Notes under the pieces: model-generated
The model's database searches: none
What the model saw: the letters and a program-made list of their open reading frames with translations, nothing else
Told to the model about the DNA's origin: nothing
In this document: in pieces, positions 1-10,892 of the stretch
Numbering within the stretch: the first letter of the stretch is position 1
Layout of the letters: each line of letters begins with the position of its first letter
Source of the DNA: Candidatus Kuenenia stuttgartensis
GTDB lineage: Bacteria; Planctomycetota; Brocadiia; Brocadiales; Brocadiaceae
Direction of reading: 5' to 3'
DNA length: 32,000 nucleotides
Assembly (NCBI RefSeq): GCF_900232105.1
Contig: NZ_LT934425.1
Span: 1,650,001-1,682,000, forward strand
Position numbers and translations under genes: made by a program

Positions 1-262
1 ACATTACGTCGTGTCGCAGGGTCTTTTCGTATTCTCTTGCCATCTCAAAATTAATGGTATCCTGAAAACGTTTCATTTCACTGATTTGCGCTTCTGTAAC
101 AGTCTGCAATCCTAGTTCATGCTGTGCTTCGGCGAGCGCTATCCAGAGTTTTCTCCACGTGCTGAACTTGTAATGGTCTGAGAAGATATAGCACATCTCT
201 TTACTTGCATACCTTTCAGAAAGAGGAGATTGATATTGCTTATAGCGGCTATCTGTTGTCAT
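1..262 (-). CDS. purB: Adenylosuccinate lyase, N-terminal part (continues past the left edge of the window)
   Basis: Manual minus-strand translation from ATG at 262: [86 protein letters not shown], which has typical PurB N-terminal character. Not in the supplied ORF track because it is incomplete. Confidence 0.87.
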   Translation of the reverse strand, partial: MTTDSRYKQYQSPLSERYASKEMCYIFSDHYKFSTWRKLWIALAEAQHELGLQTVTEAQISEMKRFQDTINFEMAREYEKTLRHDVM

Positions 263-562
263 AAAAATGTCACGCAAATTAGTTATTTGAGAAGTGTGAG
301 TATTTTTTCTTCATTGATATCATTTCCCGAAAGTTACCCGGCAGGCAGTTGCTCCGAAGTTTAGTAGCTATCGTATTACCTGGTAAAAACGTATTTTCCT
401 GCAAGTATTTGCCACCTCTTTATCCCTCTTCCTTGTCAGGGAGAAAAAAGGAGAGGTTATCTTTGGTTGTGGGCTTACGTGGATTACATGCGCTATCAAT
501 AGGACGTTATTTTAGCGTCCATGATAATGAATGATTATGAAAATGCAATTTATTAAAATAAA

Positions 563-596
563 AAAAGGCGTTGCATGTTTGCACGCAACGCCTTTT
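563..596 (-). terminator. Rho-independent terminator downstream of groEL
   Basis: Perfect 12-bp inverted repeat AAAAGGCGTTGC...GCAACGCCTTTT flanked by an A-run on the plus strand (T-run on the minus-strand transcript), just after the groEL stop. Confidence 0.85.
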
Positions 597-617
597 CCTT
601 CATGTTAACTATGTCAA

Positions 618-2535
<1,918 letters not shown>

Positions 2536-2627
2536 AACTTAGATCTCCTCTCGCTTAAAATTATCCCTAAAAAAATAGAATAGTGCTTTTTGTCTGTTTT
2601 AATGCGTGAAATGGTGCTACTAAAAAA

Positions 2628-3032
2628 TTATTTCCAGTAGTATTTCTCTATAACCTGTTCTACGGAGTCCCTGAAGATATTAACATTGATGGGCTTCGGT
2701 ATCAGTGTATAAGCGTTAGCGTTAATAAGATTTATCTGCAGTTCTTTTGATATATCTCCCGAGATAAATATACAGGGAATGGAAATGCTTATTTCCTTCT
2801 TAATGATATTAAATGTCTCCAGGCCGCTATAGTCGGGAAGATGTGCGTCTAAAATCAACACGTGCAATTCTTCAGACCGGGCTATTTTTATCGCTTCTCT
2901 GCCACAACTTGCAAGGTAAGTGGTGTAGCCTTTTAGTTCCAGTATTTCCCGCAAACTATCGCGGCACGATTTATCATCGTCCGTAATAAGAAGCGAAAAA
3001 CTATCTGCATCAGGATGATATAATGCCACCAT
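2628..3032 (-). CDS. Stand-alone response-regulator receiver domain protein
   Basis: 134 aa; LLITDDDKSCRDSLREILELKGY, phospho-acceptor region VLILDAHLPDYSG, conserved Lys in LIPKPI; no effector domain. Confidence 0.85.
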   Translation of the reverse strand: MVALYHPDADSFSLLITDDDKSCRDSLREILELKGYTTYLASCGREAIKIARSEELHVLILDAHLPDYSGLETFNIIKKEISISIPCIFISGDISKELQINLINANAYTLIPKPINVNIFRDSVEQVIEKYYWK

Positions 3033-3660
3033 GACCCTATTATCCTCTTAAAATATTTTTTAAAGAATAGATAGCAAGACGGTTACGCAAATATTATGCC
3101 TCAATCTCGGAATAAGGTTGTTCGCTGTTTTCACAGGCTGAAATGTTGCGTGTTTTGGGTTTATTTGTTTGATTAACTATGGTGCAGCATAATCATATCG
3201 TTTATTAGATAGGGCACTTATACGTATGTTGTTATTTTAGAGTTGGTAATATTTTATAAAAAAATGATTAAACTCGTCAATAATTTTCATTATTGTCATT
3301 TTGACATTTTTACTGATGAGAAATTATTATTGCTGTCACTATGGCAGTGGTATTTTCCGGACTCTCGGTAAAGATCTTTTTTGTTTAGGCGTAAAGAGAA
3401 ATGTTCTGGAAAATAATTGGCCTCAACGCATTGACAAATCACAAATTGTATCATTGTGAATTTACAACTTAAAAGTATTTTTGTGTAGATTTTTAAACAA
3501 ACGAATGTTATTGATGTATTTTGTAAAGCAAAAGCATGGTAGAAAGTCAATTTTTCACTGTGCGAAAATTATTTTTGTAGAATTTTAGGTTGTAATTTTA
3601 CTATTACTCATATGATTCACGCTGCATTTAATGCATTTTTAGATGCAGATACAATAAACC

Positions 3661-5697
3661 ATGGCTGAGCATTTATTTGTAATATCGATAATCTTGTATG
3701 CGATAGGCGCCCTGTTTGCCTTATGTTTTTTCAAGTGGCAAGCGGTGGGGAATTATATTTCGCTTATTTGTGCAGCTATTGCTTCCTGCTTTAGCATTGT
3801 CCTGTCTATCTCTGTGTTGACTAACGGCCTAATAATACATTTTGATTTCTTAATATACCATGCCATTATAAGATACAATTTTTTATTAGACCCTCTATCC
3901 TCATTTTTTATGCTTGTCATATCTGTCATTGGTTTTGTAGCCTCGATCTATTCGATGGGATATACCAAATTATACGTAAATAAACGCGATACCCGGTTTC
4001 TGGGATTTGCCTATAATCTCCTTCTTGTATCTATGCTTCTGGTGGTAACTGCCAATAACGCATTAGTATTTATGATAGTGTGGGAGCTTATGACATTGGT
4101 CTCCTTTTTCCTCGTCATCTTTGAACATGAGAATCCTACCAACAGAAAAGCAGGTTATGTCTATCTCGTGATGTCTCACATTGGCGCAGGGCTTATAGCT
4201 GTAGCCTTTTTTATCATGTTTGCCTATGCAGGTGAGGCATTTACATTCAGCTTTGACGATTTCAGGCATATTGGTGCGCATATGCCCCCTATATACAAAA
4301 ATATTGTATTCTTTTTAATAATTATTGGTTTTGGAATAAAGGCAGGCATCTTCCCCCTCCATCTTTGGCTTCCTATGGCACATCCTGCAGCGCCGAGTAA
4401 CGTCTCGATGGTCATGTCGGGCGTGATGATCAAAACGGCTATCTATGGCTTTATACGATTTTATTTCGAATTTCTAACGCCTTGTCCGCCCTGGTGGGGG
4501 TTTATCGTTCTTGTCGCGGGCGCTTCTTCTGCTATTTTGGGAATACTCTACGCCCTTATGGAAAGGGACATCAAAACGTTGCTTGCTTACAGCAGTGTGG
4601 AAAATATCGGCATCATCCTTATAGGGATCGGATTGTCGATGATTTTTAAGTCCTACAATCTCATGACATTGTCTTCCCTTGCTATGATGGCAGGACTTTA
4701 TCACCTGATTAATCATGCAGTATTTAAGTGTCTGCTCTTTGGTTGTGCGGGAAATATCTATTATTCAACCCACACAAAAAACATTGAAGAATTAGGCGGC
4801 CTGATTAAACGGCTGCGGGTTACTGCCCCATTATTTCTTGTGGGCGCCTTGTCCATTTCTGCTATCCCGCCGCTGAATGGATTTATGAGTGAGTGGCTTA
4901 TATTCCAATCCCTACTGAATGGCTTTTACATCCCATCGGTGTTTTTCAAAGTAATGACGGTTATTTGTGGGGCAATTGTTGCCTTGACCGGGGCACTAGT
5001 GGCTATGTGTTTTGTCAAGGCCTTTGGGGTTTCATTTCTTGCCCTGCCACGTTCTGAGCATACGCGAAAGGCAAAGGAGGTTCCCCTGGTTATGCTTGTA
5101 AGTATGGGCATTTTGGCCTCGATGTGTGTGTTTATGGGTCTTTTCCCGGCAACGATTATGGCAACCATTAATCAGGTAAATACACATCTGCTGGGCACAA
5201 ATATTATAAATATTATTACTTCATATGATTGGTTGCAAACAAAGTCAATCCATACTAATTTTACAGATTTATCTCCAAAAAGCGCGCCGATATTTGGCTT
5301 AATCCTTTTAGTGATCACCTTCGGGTTTTTGACCATGTTAAGGCCGGGCTTCACAAAGAGGATCTATGAGACATGGACTTGTGGCATAACACCGGAGCCC
5401 AGGTTTGGTTATACGGCAACGGCCTTCACAAAACCGTTCAAGGTCATCTTTGGTAATCTGTACAGACCCCGGTTTGAGATTAGCACAACATATTCAGTCC
5501 CTAAATATTTCGCTAAATCTATAACCTATCTTGGCGAGATAACGCCTATATTCGAAAAATATTTTTATAATCCTGTTTCCAGCTATGTTTTAAATATATC
5601 AAATAAGATACGGTGGGTGCATACCGGGAGTATTCATGTGTACCTTGCCTATATATTTGTAACATTGTTGATTGCCATATTGTCTGTTATATACTGA
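3661..5697 (+). CDS. hyfB: Hydrogenase-4/formate hydrogenlyase antiporter-like membrane subunit (HyfB/HycC family)
   Basis: 678 aa polytopic protein; GIKAGIFPLHLWLPMAHPAAPSNVSMVMSGVMIKTAIYG and KTLLAYSSVENIGII are Mrp/NuoL-N-HyfB family motifs. Confidence 0.88.
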   Translation: MAEHLFVISIILYAIGALFALCFFKWQAVGNYISLICAAIASCFSIVLSISVLTNGLIIHFDFLIYHAIIRYNFLLDPLSSFFMLVISVIGFVASIYSMGYTKLYVNKRDTRFLGFAYNLLLVSMLLVVTANNALVFMIVWELMTLVSFFLVIFEHENPTNRKAGYVYLVMSHIGAGLIAVAFFIMFAYAGEAFTFSFDDFRHIGAHMPPIYKNIVFFLIIIGFGIKAGIFPLHLWLPMAHPAAPSNVSMVMSGVMIKTAIYGFIRFYFEFLTPCPPWWGFIVLVAGASSAILGILYALMERDIKTLLAYSSVENIGIILIGIGLSMIFKSYNLMTLSSLAMMAGLYHLINHAVFKCLLFGCAGNIYYSTHTKNIEELGGLIKRLRVTAPLFLVGALSISAIPPLNGFMSEWLIFQSLLNGFYIPSVFFKVMTVICGAIVALTGALVAMCFVKAFGVSFLALPRSEHTRKAKEVPLVMLVSMGILASMCVFMGLFPATIMATINQVNTHLLGTNIINIITSYDWLQTKSIHTNFTDLSPKSAPIFGLILLVITFGFLTMLRPGFTKRIYETWTCGITPEPRFGYTATAFTKPFKVIFGNLYRPRFEISTTYSVPKYFAKSITYLGEITPIFEKYFYNPVSSYVLNISNKIRWVHTGSIHVYLAYIFVTLLIAILSVIY

Positions 5698-5723
5698 TAT
5701 AAAAGCAATAGAACAGATAATAG

Positions 5724-5963
5724 ATAATTGTCGCCATGATTACAAGCAATCTGTCCAAAGAAGGACATCCAAGCCGTATTCGGATAAACAAGGATTCAGA
5801 AGATGGTAAAACAGCATGTATCCTTACAGATTCCATAATAATGACTGATAATCTTGCAACTGTGAGATTCATAGATATTGAAAAAGCTATCGGGGAGATT
5901 GCCCGGTTGGATACCGCGGATAGGGCATTAAATGTGACATTCGGTCTTAACAAAGATATATAG
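5724..5963 (+). pseudogene. C-terminal remnant of a MazF/PemK-family toxin
   Basis: In-frame read after stop TAG at 5721: IIVAMITSNLSKEGHPSRIRINKDSEDGKTACILTDSIIMTDNLATVRFIDIEKAIGEIARLDTADRALNVTFGL. This matches the MazF pattern (VIVAPITS...ILxDQIRTV...IGxL...V..AL...LGL). The N-terminal third is absent. Confidence 0.6.
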
Positions 5964-5968
5964 CAACA

Positions 5969-6907
5969 ATGATTACAAACATTATACTTACCACCCTGCA
6001 AATTCTCGTTATTGCAGGACTAGCGCCACTCGTTAAAGGGTTTATCAATAAGATGGAGGCATATTGGCAGTGCAGGAGGGGTCCCAGCATGTTTCAGCCT
6101 TATTATAACCTCATCAAACTGCTCCAAAAGGATGTCGTGGTTTCAGAAACGGCCTCGTGGATTTTCAGCGCGACTCCTTATGTAGTGTTTGTTTCGATCC
6201 TGGTAATAGCATTGTTAATACCTGTTTTGTCCGCACAGGTTCCGCTGGATTTCACTGGCGACATTATCCTGATTGTATACCTGTTTGCCCTGGGGAGATT
6301 TTTCCTGGCATTATCTTCCCTTGATACCGGGAGCGCCTTTGGGGGAATGGGCGGGAGCAGGGAGATGACAATATCTTCCATGGCAGAACCGGCCATGATG
6401 CTTTCTATATTTACGGTTTCCTTAACGGCTGGCTCCACGAATCTCAGCAGTATCACCGGTACGTTGCTTAATTACAAATCATTGAATCCGTCTCTCCTTT
6501 TGGCATTTGCAGCACTTGCCATCGTTATTGTTGCAGAAACAGGAAGGATTCCGGTCGATAATCCGTTTACCCATCTGGAATTGACAATGATTCATGAGGG
6601 CATGATACTTGAATTCTCAGGGCGTTATCTGGCCCTGATAGAATGGGCGTCTTCTATGAAACTACTGTTGTTACTGACTATCTTAGTGAATACCTTCTTA
6701 CCCTGGGGGATTGCTACTGACCTTACCTTCCCGGGAATGATTATTTCTTTTGCATGGTATCTTGTTAAGATCGGATTTTTTGCCTTTGCAATCGTTATCC
6801 TGGAATTGTCATTTTCGAAGCTCCGATTATTCCGCATACCGAACCTGTTGGGAACATCATTTGTTTTGTCTGTCTTGGCGATTATTTCATTTTATGTGGT
6901 GAGTTAA
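5969..6907 (+). CDS. hyfC: Hydrogenase-4 membrane subunit (HyfC/HycD, NuoH-like)
   Basis: 312 aa; GFINKMEAYWQCRRGPSMFQPYYNLIKLLQKD and ETGRIPVDNPFTHLELTMIHEGMILEFSGR are NuoH/HyfC signatures. Confidence 0.9.
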   Translation: MITNIILTTLQILVIAGLAPLVKGFINKMEAYWQCRRGPSMFQPYYNLIKLLQKDVVVSETASWIFSATPYVVFVSILVIALLIPVLSAQVPLDFTGDIILIVYLFALGRFFLALSSLDTGSAFGGMGGSREMTISSMAEPAMMLSIFTVSLTAGSTNLSSITGTLLNYKSLNPSLLLAFAALAIVIVAETGRIPVDNPFTHLELTMIHEGMILEFSGRYLALIEWASSMKLLLLLTILVNTFLPWGIATDLTFPGMIISFAWYLVKIGFFAFAIVILELSFSKLRLFRIPNLLGTSFVLSVLAIISFYVVS

Positions 6908-6912
6908 TTATC

Positions 6913-7578
6913 ATGAAACAACACATCATCGTAAATTCCCAGATTATTGATGTACTGGCAGTTTTAATGCTCATGACAACAATTATACTCATCGGCACGA
7001 GTCGTTTAAAGACCTGTATATGGGCAAGTGCCATTCGGTCTTTTCTCCTGACATTGACCAGCGGTCTTATAGCCTATTTGTCCGGTATCCATCACATTTA
7101 TATTACTACGGGTATCTCACTGGTACTTAAGGTTTTTGTCATCCCTGGATTTCTTTTTTACATCGTTGACAAGGTCAGGATTAAAAAAGAAGTAGAGTCT
7201 TATATTAGTTATACGCTATCGCTGCTGATCTCTTGCGGTATCATTCTTATTGCATACTATGCAACCTTACCTATCATCCAATTTGAAAATGTCTTTATGC
7301 GGCATTGCCTGCCCGTTTCACTCGCTATTACCCTTTTGGGATTCTTTGCAATGATAACGAGGAAGAAGGCCATTACCCAGATACTTGGACTTATTACCAT
7401 GGAAGATGGTCTTTTTTTTGCTGCCTTATCTACCTCTTACGGCATGCCACTCATCGTAGAATTGGGGGTGTTTTTCGATATCCTCGTGAGTGTTATCATT
7501 ATGGGAGTTTATGTTTACAGAATCAAAGAATCCTTCGATTCCATTGATGTAGGCTTCTTCAGGGAACTCCGGGAATAA
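6913..7578 (+). CDS. hyfE: Hydrogenase-4 membrane subunit (HyfE-like)
   Basis: 221 aa membrane protein between hyfC and hyfF; ITTGISLVLKVFVIPGFLFYIVDKV and GLITMEDGLFFAALSTSYGMPLIVELGVFFDILVSVIIMGVYVYRI match HyfE character. Confidence 0.82.
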   Translation: MKQHIIVNSQIIDVLAVLMLMTTIILIGTSRLKTCIWASAIRSFLLTLTSGLIAYLSGIHHIYITTGISLVLKVFVIPGFLFYIVDKVRIKKEVESYISYTLSLLISCGIILIAYYATLPIIQFENVFMRHCLPVSLAITLLGFFAMITRKKAITQILGLITMEDGLFFAALSTSYGMPLIVELGVFFDILVSVIIMGVYVYRIKESFDSIDVGFFRELRE

Positions 7579-7579
7579 T

Positions 7580-9055
7580 ATGATAATACTCTTACTTTTA
7601 ATCATCCCCGTAATAACCGCCATTGCGTGCGTTTTTATAAAGACACACAGCATATCAAAATATGTCAGCATTGCAGGCAGTTTTCTCGTTTTACTCTATA
7701 GCATATTTCTTAACTACAATATTTATCTGCATCAGTCGCTCTATGGGCTAAATGAATTCTTTTATATGGATGCCCTGAGTATCCTTACCACCCAGATTAT
7801 TACCATTGTTGGTTTTGCAGCGGCATTATACTCGGTTGGCTATATGGAAGAAGAAGTTCGCGAAGGTGTGGTTACGGAAAAGAAGCTACGCTTGTATTAC
7901 TTCCTTTTTCATATGTTTATCTTCTCCATGTTATTGGTATGCGTAACAAATAACCTGGGGATCATGTGGGTAGCAATTGAAGCGACTACGTTGTCTACTA
8001 CATTTTTGGTAGGCTTTTATAATAAAAAACAGCATCAGGAAGCGGCATGGAAGTATATCGTCATTTGTACTGTGGGAATTACGTTGGCATTGTTTGGCGT
8101 TATACTCACCTATTATTCATCAAAAAGCGTATTTGGAGAAATTGGGCATATGCTGAACTGGACGAGCCTGCTTACCGTAGCGGACAGGTTTGATCCTCAT
8201 CTCATAAAACTGGCATTCATTTTTATCCTAATCGGATATGGTACAAAGGCTGGTCTTGCCCCAATGCACACATGGCTGCCTGATGCACATAGCCAGGCGC
8301 CTTCGCCTATTAGCGCCCTGTTTTCCGGTGTACTGCTAAATTGTTCCCTGTATGGCATCATCCGATACCACATCATTACCTCTAAATGTGTAGGCCCGCA
8401 TTATTCATGTACACTCCTCATGGTGTTTGGCCTTATTTCCGTCATTGCTTCAATACCTTTTATCCTGGTGCAAAGGGATTATAAACGTCTGTTCGCCTAT
8501 AGCAGTATAGAGCATATTGGTTTTATTACGCTTGGAATAGGTTTTGGTGGAATGTATAGTGTTTACGGCGCAGAGCTGCATACCTTCAACCACGCCGTAG
8601 CAAAATCCCTATTGTTTTTTTGTGCTGGCAATCTGTTTTTGAAATACAAGACAAGGGATATGGACAGTATTAAAGGGGTTATTAAGACTACGCCGGTTAC
8701 CGGTGTCTTTTTGATAATTGCTGTCTTTGCCATTACAGGCACACCGCCGTTTGGTATATTTGTTAGCGAGTTCCTGGTGCTTGCAGACGGCTTTTCAAGT
8801 GGAAATGTATTTATCATTATATTCAGTTCATTGCTTGTTGTATGCATTACCCTCATTTTTATTGGATTCATAAACAATATATTCAAGATGGTTTTGGGTG
8901 AACCCACAACATCTGTTCCTAAGGGTGAGGTGAGTAAGCTTACCATTGCGTCCATGGGCTTTCTTTTGATTTTCGTACTGGTTGTCAGCTTCTATGTACC
9001 GCCATTCCTGCGCGAAATACTGACTAATATTTATAATATTGTAAGGAATGTATGA
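7580..9055 (+). CDS. hyfF: Hydrogenase-4 antiporter-like membrane subunit (HyfF family)
   Basis: 491 aa; GYGTKAGLAPMHTWLPDAHSQAPSPISALFSGVLLNCSLYGIIRYHI, KRLFAYSSIEHIGFI. Confidence 0.87.
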   Translation: MIILLLLIIPVITAIACVFIKTHSISKYVSIAGSFLVLLYSIFLNYNIYLHQSLYGLNEFFYMDALSILTTQIITIVGFAAALYSVGYMEEEVREGVVTEKKLRLYYFLFHMFIFSMLLVCVTNNLGIMWVAIEATTLSTTFLVGFYNKKQHQEAAWKYIVICTVGITLALFGVILTYYSSKSVFGEIGHMLNWTSLLTVADRFDPHLIKLAFIFILIGYGTKAGLAPMHTWLPDAHSQAPSPISALFSGVLLNCSLYGIIRYHIITSKCVGPHYSCTLLMVFGLISVIASIPFILVQRDYKRLFAYSSIEHIGFITLGIGFGGMYSVYGAELHTFNHAVAKSLLFFCAGNLFLKYKTRDMDSIKGVIKTTPVTGVFLIIAVFAITGTPPFGIFVSEFLVLADGFSSGNVFIIIFSSLLVVCITLIFIGFINNIFKMVLGEPTTSVPKGEVSKLTIASMGFLLIFVLVVSFYVPPFLREILTNIYNIVRNV

Positions 9056-10647
9056 TGAGTACCAACAGGCAACTTCATATTGATAAACTGTCCGGTCAAT
9101 TTAAAGGGAATATTACTATTAGCAGAAGTTTCCTTGAAAACGAGATATATGTCTCAACGAAAAAGGAAAATCTTTTAAATGTATGTCTGTATATTAAAGA
9201 TATTTTCAATGCCGTGCTTTCTTCCATGATTTGTAACGATGAGAGAACTCTGGATAAGCACTTTAAAATTTACTACGTCTTTTCTCTTCAGAGAGAAGAC
9301 ACATTCTTAATTGTCACTATACCGGTCAGTGAACAGCAGCCGGAATTTCCGTCGATTACACCCCAAATACCTGCCGCTCATTGGTATGAACGGGAGATTA
9401 AGGACATGTTTGGTCTTATCCCCGTAGGACACCCAAGACCCGAGACACTGGTATTACACGGCAATTTCCCTGAAAATACTTATCCATTGCGGAAGGACTT
9501 TGATATTCAAACCCGAATACCTCACCTCGAATCAAAGCTGCCGTTTTTCAGGGTAGAAGGAGAAGGTGTTTTTGAAATACCCGTAGGACCCATTCACGCG
9601 GGTGTCATTGAACCTGGGCATTTCAGGTTTAGCGCTGTAGGTGATAGTATATTTTATCTTGATGCAAAATTATTTTTCACACACAAGGGCACAGAGAAAA
9701 TTTTCGAAACAATGCCATATACGAAGGCATTATTTCTTGCGGAGAGGATTTGCGGCGTTTGTGCCGCTTCGCACGCAACAGGCTATTGCCAGGCAATAGA
9801 GAAGGTGGCAGAGATCGAAATACCGCCACGCGCAAGATTTATTCGAACCATTGTCATGGAATTGGAAAGGATCTATAATCATATCGGCGATGTGGGAAAT
9901 ATATGCGCAGGCACTGCCTTTCTTCTGGGGATTGCGCATGGATTCAGGATACGCGAGTATTTACAGCAACTCAATGAAACCATTACGGGGAATCGATATT
10001 TAAGAGGTATGCTCGCCATCGGCGGAGTACGGTTTGATATCAACGACGATCTGGAAAAACATATTTTATCATTACTCAATCATGTTAAAAAGGACTTCAA
10101 AGATCTTACCAAAATGATGTTTAAATCCTCCTCTTTATTAGACAGGCTTGAAACTACAGGAAGACTTTCCGAGGAGATTGCACGGGGGTTGGGGGTCGTT
10201 GGCGTTGCGGCAAGGGCATCCGGCATTGTTCAGGACACCAGGGTTAATCACCCTTACGCTGCTTACGAAGAGGTGGATTTTGATATCCCTGTTTTCCATT
10301 ACGAAGGCGATGTACTTGCAAGGATACGCGTCAGGGTCGATGAGGTGTATCAGTCGATCTATATTATCGAGCAATGTTTTGAAAAGATGAGGCCAGGCCC
10401 TCTGAAAACCCCGATTAAGGAACTACCGCCTTACAAACAAGCCTTGAGTTATGTGGAATCACCTCGGGGTGAGAATATTTACTGGATCATGACGGCTCCT
10501 GGCAATAAATTGTTCAGGTATAAAGTAAGGTCGCCTTCTTTCTGTAACTGGCCGGCAATTCCTTTTGCAGTCCCTGGCAACATTGTGCCTGATTTTCCAT
10601 TGATTAACAAGAGTTTCGAGTTATGTTATTCCTGTACTGATTTGTAA
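9052..10647 (+). CDS. hyfG: Group 4 [NiFe]-hydrogenase-like large subunit (NuoC-NuoD fusion, HyfG/HycE-like)
   Basis: 531 aa; NuoC-like N-terminus (HWYEREIKDMFGLIPVGHPRPETLVLH), L1 motif RICGVCAASH, C-terminal SFELCYSCTDL* containing the second CxxC. Confidence 0.88.
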   Translation: MMSTNRQLHIDKLSGQFKGNITISRSFLENEIYVSTKKENLLNVCLYIKDIFNAVLSSMICNDERTLDKHFKIYYVFSLQREDTFLIVTIPVSEQQPEFPSITPQIPAAHWYEREIKDMFGLIPVGHPRPETLVLHGNFPENTYPLRKDFDIQTRIPHLESKLPFFRVEGEGVFEIPVGPIHAGVIEPGHFRFSAVGDSIFYLDAKLFFTHKGTEKIFETMPYTKALFLAERICGVCAASHATGYCQAIEKVAEIEIPPRARFIRTIVMELERIYNHIGDVGNICAGTAFLLGIAHGFRIREYLQQLNETITGNRYLRGMLAIGGVRFDINDDLEKHILSLLNHVKKDFKDLTKMMFKSSSLLDRLETTGRLSEEIARGLGVVGVAARASGIVQDTRVNHPYAAYEEVDFDIPVFHYEGDVLARIRVRVDEVYQSIYIIEQCFEKMRPGPLKTPIKELPPYKQALSYVESPRGENIYWIMTAPGNKLFRYKVRSPSFCNWPAIPFAVPGNIVPDFPLINKSFELCYSCTDL

Positions 10648-10795
10648 AGAATTATTTGTTACAAAGACTCAAATCCATTTTCTCACTTTTTTGTACTACT
10701 ATCCATCAACTTCTTGTTTTTTATGCTAGTTTTTCAAACTACACAACCGTAAGACATTGATTAGATGAGGCTTACGTAAAGTTTGGAGTATTGGG

Positions 10796-10827
10796 TTTTT
10801 TGTCATTTGAACTTGTTTCATATTTCG
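10796..10827 (+). repeat. AT-rich interspersed repeat, copy C (between hyfG and hyfHI)
   Basis: TTTTTTGTCATTTGAACTTGTTTCATATTTCG resembles copy A (TTTTGTCATTAGAATTTGTTTCGGATTTC) and copy B (reverse complement) elsewhere in the window. Confidence 0.55.
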
Positions 10828-10892
10828 ACATTCGTATTTCGAATTTGGTTGCGGCCAAAGGCCGCGCCAAGCATTTCGTGGGCGAACATAAA

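Noticed and set aside
349-534. 61-aa plus-strand ORF between purB and groEL
   Set aside because: No recognisable motif, no convincing ribosome-binding site, and it lies in a short intergenic spacer.
2536-2640. Possible CIRCE (HrcA) operator upstream of groES
   Set aside because: I looked for TTAGCACTC-N9-GAGTGCTAA and found only a stray AGTGCT; no dyad is present.
3296-3550. 84-aa minus-strand ORF upstream of hyfB
   Set aside because: AT-rich non-coding region; the translation looks random.
7305-7547. 80-aa ORF overlapping hyfE in another frame
   Set aside because: An intact conserved HyfE reading frame occupies the same DNA.
9730-10390. Minus-strand and alternate-frame ORFs across hyfG
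   Set aside because: They overlap the large-subunit gene and have no independent support.
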